Positions 26,844 through 32,000 of a stretch of DNA of 32,000 bases are shown piece by piece. Made by a program: the position numbers and the translations under genes. This DNA is from Oxalobacteraceae bacterium (GTDB lineage Bacteria > Pseudomonadota > Gammaproteobacteria > Burkholderiales > Burkholderiaceae_D): NCBI GenBank assembly GCA_947448025.1, contig CANFLV010000030.1, positions 7,656 to 39,655 on the forward strand. Direction: 5' to 3'. How positions within the stretch are numbered: position 1 is the stretch's first letter; each line of letters begins with the position of its first letter. Below the pieces are notes generated by a model. That model searched no databases and was not told the DNA's origin. It saw only the letters and a program-made list of their open reading frames with translations.

Positions 26844-27119
26844 TTCACTACCGTTACCAGCAAATCTTGAGGAGCGAAACAGTGCTATCTACAGTGGTAA
26901 ATTACCATTTAATTATAGTAAGGTGATTGGCAACGGCACTCGGTGTGGTGTTATTAAGGCTGCATTTAAATGAATGCGAACAAGATAGAAGTTCAACTGC
27001 GGCTTGAAAATCTTTGAGTACTAATTTCAGCAAATCTGACGGTCATCAAACTCAAAATAACGTCGCTTTTCATCGAAATCTACTCAAATGATCAGCAAGG
27101 ACTGTTTGCCAGGGTCTTT

Positions 27120-27311
27120 TTGTTGCGTGAGCGAGATAAATTGACTTTCGAGGCTATTGCCAAGCTGTTTACGAAGTCAGGTACACGGTCAGTGAATGGC
27201 TGCTTGTTGGGTGCTGAGCATGTATTTTCTATCTACAAGAAAGGCAAAGCCAGGCAAGAACGACTTACTTTGAAGTTCAACCCAGAGTTAATGGACCTGT
27301 GGATTGATTGA
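27120..27311 (+). pseudogene. Possible fragment of a recombinase-type gene (63 aa from a TTG)
   Basis: The frame is open from 27018 with no ATG. The segment LTFEAIAKLFTKSGTRSVNGCLLGAEHVFSIYKK follows the 'IA..Ln..G..t..G..w....V..I' pattern seen in serine-recombinase 'Recombinase' domains. Weak, by eye only. Confidence 0.25.
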
Positions 27312-27391
27312 AGCATAGTGTGGGACTTCAATGTGTTTGACGCCAAAATCATAGACTGATAAATTTACAAAAAATTATACGGATAAAGTTT

Positions 27392-28657
27392 ATGAAAAAA
27401 TTATTAACTATTTTAATACTTTTTATTTCATCAATCGCCATTGCGCAACCAACTGCAAGACCTGAATTTAAATTGTGGGACCCAGAGATATTCAACAAAA
27501 TGGTGTCTAATGGTTATGTTGGTACGGTATCAATATTTATTAATCCAGATGTTAGTGAAGATTCTGAAATAACAATAATAGACAAACTACTCAAATTTGG
27601 AACAAGAAAGAAATATTACTTAGGAAAAGGCTCATTCAAAAAAGGCTATTTGTTAGCTTTATTCCCCGGCTTATATGATATAAATGTATCGGCTAAAGGC
27701 GGATTTTTTACCAAAGAAATTAATATTTCATCAGAATTTTCTGTTTCAGGTGGAAATAAAATTCAATTAACAATAGATAGTAAAGAGATAAAATTAACTA
27801 ACAATGAATATCAAGAGTCGGATTTACTTCGTGGATCAATTACATCTGATGGAGATGTTCGTTCATTAATTAGATCTTACATTAGGCTCCAAGCAAAATT
27901 TGATGAAAATTCTCGGCTAGCGAAAGTCTATGTGCATGTCACAAATGCCGCATCTTTACCTGAATTTAAATTTAATGAAAAATTGGTCAAGCCAATTAAT
28001 AGCAAAGTAACGGAATGGAATACAATGGAATATAATTTTGATTTACCGTTAGTTGAGGGTCACAGCATATTTTTAGCAACGGCTTATGGAATTAACGGCG
28101 AACCTAATTCTGACAATGCTACATTTTACATAAAAACTATAGCAGATTTGGAAAAAGAAAAGATTATCAAACAAAAACGAGAAGATGAGCGGAATGCCAA
28201 AATTGAAGCAGAAAAGCGAGTACGCATAGCGGAAGAGGAACGAATCGCTAGAGAAGGTGATGGCTCACCCGATGATCTTCAATGTAAAAAATATGGACTT
28301 AAATTACAAACACAAGGTTATGCTGAATGTAGGATGAGATTAGACTTAGCACGCCGCGATCAGCAAAGAGAACAACAAAGAGATCAACAAAAACAAAGAG
28401 ACCAATTTGAACAACAACGAGCATTTCAACAGCAACAACAGCAACAACAGGAAAATGCTGACAATATGAGGAAAAATAGAGAATCACAATGTCGCTTTGC
28501 CCAAGCTGCCGAATATGCTAAGCCAGCATTAGGAGGATTTATTGAAAGCATGCAACGAGCTAACGCTGCATTTGATAACTGTATGAATGGAATACCCACT
28601 ATTAATACGACTTGCAATAAGGATGTATTTGGAAACATCAACTGCACTTCACGATAA
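27392..28657 (+). CDS. Secreted protein with beta-rich N-terminal half, charged coiled coil, Gln-rich tract and Cys-containing C-terminus (421 aa)
   Basis: It has a signal peptide (MKKLLTILILFISSIAIAQP), a charged helix (EKEKIIKQKREDERNAKIEAEKRVRIAEEERIARE), the motif CKKYGLKLQTQGYAECRMRLD, a Q-rich run (RDQQREQQRDQQKQRDQFEQQRAFQQQQQQQQ), and six Cys in the last 130 aa (four in the last 80). Confidence 0.7.
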   Translation: MKKLLTILILFISSIAIAQPTARPEFKLWDPEIFNKMVSNGYVGTVSIFINPDVSEDSEITIIDKLLKFGTRKKYYLGKGSFKKGYLLALFPGLYDINVSAKGGFFTKEINISSEFSVSGGNKIQLTIDSKEIKLTNNEYQESDLLRGSITSDGDVRSLIRSYIRLQAKFDENSRLAKVYVHVTNAASLPEFKFNEKLVKPINSKVTEWNTMEYNFDLPLVEGHSIFLATAYGINGEPNSDNATFYIKTIADLEKEKIIKQKREDERNAKIEAEKRVRIAEEERIAREGDGSPDDLQCKKYGLKLQTQGYAECRMRLDLARRDQQREQQRDQQKQRDQFEQQRAFQQQQQQQQENADNMRKNRESQCRFAQAAEYAKPALGGFIESMQRANAAFDNCMNGIPTINTTCNKDVFGNINCTSR

Positions 28658-28660
28658 ATT

Positions 28661-29140
28661 ATGGTAATGCTTAAAGATGATGGCGATATCGTCAAGGCAT
28701 TGGGATATGTTGCCCTTTATTCGGCATATATGGAGGAGGCTATTGATGAGTGCGCAAGGCTTATAGTCGATAATATCAAAAATCCGCCAAAGAATTTTGA
28801 TAGGGTGCCAATAAGTTTCAAACTTAACTGGATTAAAAAATGGATAGATAATCTAGATAAATCGTCGAGTGAGATTGCTAGATTCAGAGAAGTTCTAAAT
28901 AATATATCTCAACTACTTGAACTTAGGCATGAAGTGATTCATGGGCGAATTTATTCGGGGGTTACGGAAGGCTCTGATGTATTGCGTCCCTCAAGAAAAG
29001 ATAAAATTATTAGAGAGGTAACCTCTGCCGAGTTGTATAACCTTGCGGTTCATATATTTGCGACACTGAGTTGTTTGAACTATGCATCAACATATTCGTT
29101 GCGGAGGTTAATAAGAATGCAGTTGGAATTAAATAACTGA
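28661..29140 (+). CDS. Cytoplasmic all-helical hypothetical protein (159 aa) with a HEPN-like Rx4H motif
   Basis: The ATG lies 3 nt after the previous stop (translational coupling). There is no signal peptide. The motif LLELRHEVIHGRIY places R89-x4-H94 about 55% of the way through a 159-aa, probably helical protein (secondary structure not computed), as in HEPN-domain proteins. The assignment is an inference. Confidence 0.6.
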   Translation: MVMLKDDGDIVKALGYVALYSAYMEEAIDECARLIVDNIKNPPKNFDRVPISFKLNWIKKWIDNLDKSSSEIARFREVLNNISQLLELRHEVIHGRIYSGVTEGSDVLRPSRKDKIIREVTSAELYNLAVHIFATLSCLNYASTYSLRRLIRMQLELNN

Positions 29141-29541
29141 AATGCTCATTCTTAAAATTTTCACTTGTGTGTCTGCTTTCGCTTTTCTCAATTGAGGTGC
29201 TTACGATACTCAATTTAGTTCTCTTTAGCTCAGTCTCAGGTCGACTCTTGGCAGCACGAATGTCATCTCTTGTGAGTTTGGCGAAAGTTCTGTCTCCTCT
29301 GACTAAGCGACAATAGTTTGTCCGCGCCGTAAACGCGTATATGCATTTGTAACGCCTGATTTATTCCATCAGTAATGATTGATGTTCTTGCGATAGTCGG
29401 ACCATAACGCAAGACGATGCGCACAGTGGTGGTGTATGTATTGAGGTCGCGGTGGTAAGTCCTGTGGTTTTCACACATGTATTTATTTGCGATTGAAGTA
29501 TAAAATCAGCAATAGCTGCCAGTTGTTCGCTCGCAAGACCT

Positions 29542-29568
29542 GTGAGCGTCCGGTCAATTGACGCTCAC
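29542..29568. other. Perfect 9-bp stem-loop just downstream of the 29587-30030 gene
   Basis: gtgagcgtc (29542-29550) pairs with gacgctcac (29560-29568) around a 9-nt loop, 18 nt after the stop codon on the minus strand. No U-tract follows. Confidence 0.5.
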
Positions 29569-29586
29569 TATCAATCTGTACCATGC

Positions 29587-30030
29587 TCACTTTGCAAATC
29601 TAGTCTTCACTGAATCCGCAGTCTGTTCAATCTGAGCATCAAGTTCACCCGCCTCCACAGCTGACTTCAACACATCAAGCACTTTAATCAGTTCTTCATT
29701 GTTTGATACCTCAACAGAGTTCTTGCCCTTGGCGATGTCAAGTGTGTTGCTTCCATACTTCAACTGAATGCAAATTTTACCGTTGTCACTGGTGAACCAC
29801 CATTGACGAACGCGAACTGGCATTTCTATTGTCTTGATCTCGCCAGTATGTCGATCCCGAACTGATCGCATTCGCTTCGGCGCGTATGTATTTCCATCTC
29901 TCATTGCCGTTGCCAATTGAATTTGCTGATATAGCTTATTACTCAATTTATTCCGACGTATTTGCACTGGTGGCATTTCTGTTGGGCGTTTTACATTAAC
30001 TAATTTCAAGCTTGAAAGAACTGCGCTCAT
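29587..30030 (-). CDS. Hypothetical protein (147 aa) of a type I associate with genomic islands/ICEs
   Basis: The ATG has GGAGAAATAC upstream. It is basic in the N-terminal half and has a conserved-looking core (VRVRQWWFTSDNGKICIQLKYGSNTLDIAKGKNSVEV...AVEAGELDAQIE). I recall similar proteins in island contexts but cannot name the family with confidence. Confidence 0.6.
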   Translation of the reverse strand: MSAVLSSLKLVNVKRPTEMPPVQIRRNKLSNKLYQQIQLATAMRDGNTYAPKRMRSVRDRHTGEIKTIEMPVRVRQWWFTSDNGKICIQLKYGSNTLDIAKGKNSVEVSNNEELIKVLDVLKSAVEAGELDAQIEQTADSVKTRFAK

Positions 30031-30573
30031 GTATTTCTCCTATGTGTGTTGATGAGTTCTTTGAAGCCTATAGCCATGTCCATTTCTTTTCTAGCCGTGG
30101 TCTTTGATTTCCATAAGAAAATGTTTGGTTATGGCTGTATTGGCATAAATAAATGTAACAGACACTGAATAACAAGCAAGCATCGCTTCGAAGAATGCCA
30201 ATAATCCGTTCTCAATCGTGAAGTGGCGGTGGATAGTGTGAATTCAGCGCACGCTTTGTGGAACTATCCTCGCAAGGACGCTTTAAATGATCTATTCATT
30301 GATAGAATCGTTTTCCACATCGTAATAGTAATAAAAGAAATAGTAGTAATCGCTTTAATAATAGCGAGAAGTCTTGCAATATATATACGTTTGTCATGAC
30401 ATCAATTCACCTTAGAGATGTCTTAAAAATAGCTGTTGGTCAGGTGCGGAGCAGAGCCTAGAACAAACGTTGCAAGCAGAGATAAAAAATGACTATATTT
30501 GCCATATGTCTGAGTGGGCATGCAGATTAGGAACCAGCTGAACAGTCACGTGGCGACGGACAATGCATAAGCA

Positions 30574-30724
30574 GTTCACCCCTTATTTGCTTAAGGGTGA
30601 ACTTGGCTCTCAACAAGATAGAGCAAAGCAAAGTCAACTGCTCCAAACATCAAGTGCCGAGCAATGTGAATGAGCGAATGCGAATGAACTGCGATGGCAC
30701 TAGCGAACTGCAGGTTCGCTCATT
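30574..30724. promoter_or_regulatory. Cluster of palindromes in the 1-kb untranslated region upstream of the recombinase
   Basis: Hairpin gttcacc(c)ctta-tttgc-ttaagggtgaac lies at 30574-30602. A perfect 19-bp palindrome AGCGAAC-TGCAG-GTTCGCT lies at 30702-30720. A 10-bp inverted repeat AATGAGCGAA (30669-30678) / TTCGCTCATT (30715-30724) competes for the same right arm. Confidence 0.45.
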
Positions 30725-30871
30725 ATCAGTATTCAAGCAAATCAGAAAATTTTCCCAATTAGAAACAAATAAGCTTTTGGTTTGTTCCATTTAGAACTTC
30801 AAGTCCGATTAATTCTCGAATTTCTGCGCAATACACGTACAAGCACTTTTTCTTGATTCAAGGACCTAGGC

Positions 30872-30968
30872 ATTTCATTACGCGCTGAATGCTCAAATTT
30901 CATTGCCGTCTAAAAATCAAAGCAAATGCAAATTTCATTTGATTATTCGCTAAGTCATTGAATTCATT
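30872..30968 (+). repeat. Iterated ATTTCATT motif (3 exact + 1 variant) 100-190 bp upstream of the recombinase start
   Basis: ATTTCATT occurs at 30872, 30897 and 30932, and AATTCATT at 30961. The 11-mer CAAATTTCATT is repeated at 30894 and 30929. Spacing is 25-35 bp. Confidence 0.45.
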
Positions 30969-31063
30969 AGATATCTAATATTTCGCGCAAAGGCTTGTCC
31001 GACTTAATCAATGGGTTCAGAATAAATACAGATCAATCATTTGATATGTAAGGAAAGTTCAAA

Positions 31064-31666
31064 ATGGCACAAGCAAAAGTACTGAATGAAAAAGAAGTCC
31101 GCAAAGTTTTGCTCTACATCGCGGCTCGCAAGCACGCAGCTAGAAATCGGGCGATGTTCACATTATTAAATTTCACTGGTATGCGAGTCGGGGAATTAGC
31201 AGCACTCAGATTGTGCGATGTCCTTTCAAAGGACGGCGGCATTCGTGAAGAAATCTATTTGTCTGTAGATCAGACGAAGGGATCAAAGGGGCGCACAGTT
31301 GTTGTGTCGCAAAAAGCGCAAGAAGAAATCAAGAACTACTTGCAAGCCCGCTTCAAGTTGAAAGACTTACTGGCTGTGACAATGACAGACACAAGTCGTG
31401 CTCTGTTCACTACGCAGAAAGAGCCGAATCGCGGCTTCACTGCTTCAACATTAGCGCAGCACTTTCATTACATGTACAAGGGCGCAGGCATCACTGGCGC
31501 AAGCTCACACAGTGGTCGTCGTGGCTTCATCACGAACCTGGCAAACAAGGGCGTATCAGTTCGCGTGTTGATGGAACTCGCTGGTCACAAGTCGCTCGCG
31601 GTGACCCAGAAATACATTGATGTAAATCCCAAGATGATGCGGTCAGCAGTAGAACTGCTCGGTTAA
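31064..31666 (+). CDS. Short (200 aa) tyrosine recombinase consisting only of the catalytic domain (FimB/FimE size class)
   Basis: AAGGAAAG lies upstream of the ATG. The catalytic signature is complete: R in TGMRVGEL, K in TKGSKGRTV, H-x-x-R in SHSGRRGF, H in AGHKSL, and Y in TQKYIDV. No N-terminal core-binding (SAM-like) or arm-binding domain is encoded. Confidence 0.85.
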   Translation: MAQAKVLNEKEVRKVLLYIAARKHAARNRAMFTLLNFTGMRVGELAALRLCDVLSKDGGIREEIYLSVDQTKGSKGRTVVVSQKAQEEIKNYLQARFKLKDLLAVTMTDTSRALFTTQKEPNRGFTASTLAQHFHYMYKGAGITGASSHSGRRGFITNLANKGVSVRVLMELAGHKSLAVTQKYIDVNPKMMRSAVELLG

Positions 31667-31671
31667 AGAAA

Positions 31672-31691
31672 AAGCCAGCAGTAGCTGGCTT
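31672..31691. terminator. Shared hairpin terminator between the convergent recombinase and hns-like genes
   Basis: aagccagc-agta-gctggctt. On the minus strand it is followed by tttttcttt, a good intrinsic terminator for the H-NS-like gene. It is weaker for the plus strand. Confidence 0.65.
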
Positions 31692-31712
31692 GTTCACTTA
31701 AAAGGTACTCGC

Positions 31713-32000
31713 TTAGATTTCAAACTGAGCGCGATCTTTACCTTCCATCCATCTCGGCGTTCTGCCGCGACCTGACCATGATTGACCAGTAGCTGGATCA
31801 CGATACTTCGCATCCACTGGTTTTTTCGATGCAAACTTCGCTCTCTTTTCACCACCAAAAACATCACTCTCATTGAGTGAAAATTCAGCGATCAATTCCT
31901 TCACCTTACTAACAGCTTCCTTCTTCTCAGATTTAATCGCTTGTGCGATTTGAGCTTCAAGTGCTTCTTTTTGTGCAACTAATTCTTTTAACGTAGTCAT
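31713..32000 (-). CDS. H-NS-family nucleoid-associated protein (95 aa)
   Basis: The start codon occupies 31998-32000, so the CDS just fits the window. It has an N-terminal coiled coil (LKELVAQKEALEAQIAQAIKSEKKEAVSKVKELI) and the C-terminal DNA-binding motif TGQSWSGRGRTPRW typical of H-NS/Bv3F-type proteins. Confidence 0.85.
   Translation of the reverse strand: MTTLKELVAQKEALEAQIAQAIKSEKKEAVSKVKELIAEFSLNESDVFGGEKRAKFASKKPVDAKYRDPATGQSWSGRGRTPRWMEGKDRAQFEI

Larger units (their letters stand above)
24144..32000. mobile_element. AT-rich genomic island integrated in the tRNA-Met gene; right end beyond the window
   Basis: There is an abrupt composition drop (sampled lines about 32% GC vs 58-70% in the core). 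It begins at a tRNA 3' fragment, with tandem 12-bp repeats next to the junction. It carries IS/recombinase debris, a tyrosine recombinase and an H-NS-family gene. Confidence 0.65.

Noticed and set aside
29010-29478. Minus-strand ORFs (71 and 67 aa, plus a longer open frame containing AKLTRDDIRAAKSRPE) considered as remnants of a P4-type integrase N-terminus
   Set aside because: The order and spacing of the supposed integrase motifs (LT..I..AK before DG..L...YR.GK) do not fit. One ORF overlaps the 3' end of the HEPN-like gene. The similarity is too short to support a call without a database search.
30597-30794. A 65-aa plus-strand ORF in the recombinase upstream region
   Set aside because: It has a non-ATG start and no SD, and it is filled by the palindromes and inverted repeats described above. 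It is more likely regulatory DNA.
1-32000. Search for CRISPR arrays, rRNA, intact tRNA genes and complete IS elements
   Set aside because: No regularly spaced direct repeats of 25-40 bp were seen, and no rRNA-like conserved blocks. The only tRNA-like sequences are the two 3' fragments at 20874-20893 and 24099-24148. The only IS trace is the 87-bp OrfA remnant.

Overview
The window has two very different parts.

**Core, bases 1 to about 20300.** This stretch is GC-rich (high 50s to about 60% GC by eye) and looks like proteobacterial chromosome; a betaproteobacterial origin is only a low-confidence guess.
- A 12-kb co-directional operon encodes three tandem family-5 peptide-binding proteins (the first cut by the window edge), a secreted M3 zinc oligopeptidase, two ABC permeases, a fused double ATPase (YejABEF-like architecture) and a TldD/TldE(PmbA)-family protease pair.
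- After it come a tandem-CHRD lipoprotein, an orphan Stealth-family hexose-1-phosphotransferase, a convergent monomeric NADP-isocitrate dehydrogenase, a small secreted Cys-rich protein and a secreted M20 dipeptidase.

**Accessory DNA, from about 20.7 kb.**
- Two ~200-bp direct repeats (20691-20893 and 23927-24121, roughly 93% identical by eye) each carry a tRNA-downstream flank, an intrinsic terminator and a 3' fragment of a minus-strand tRNA-Met(CAT) gene. I read them as stacked att remnants.
- Between them lies a 3-kb integrase-less module with an AlbA_2/HATPase_c_4 'divergent AAA' protein and a truncated paralog.
- Right of about 24.15 kb a strongly AT-rich island (low to mid 30s % GC by eye) runs off the window. 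It holds a Cys-rich small protein plus coiled-coil HNH nuclease cassette, decayed IS3/recombinase fragments, and a secreted Q-rich protein translationally coupled to a HEPN-like (Rx4H) protein. It also holds an island-type hypothetical, a 200-aa catalytic-domain-only tyrosine recombinase (FimB/FimE-sized) behind a 1-kb repeat-rich untranslated region, and an H-NS-family gene.

No rRNA, intact tRNA or CRISPR array was seen.

**Best candidates for something new:**
- the HNH cassette (24977-26405)
- the secreted/HEPN-like pair (27392-29140)
- the small recombinase with its structured leader (30031-31666)
- the stacked tRNA-Met att architecture

All family assignments come from motif recognition by eye, not from database searches.
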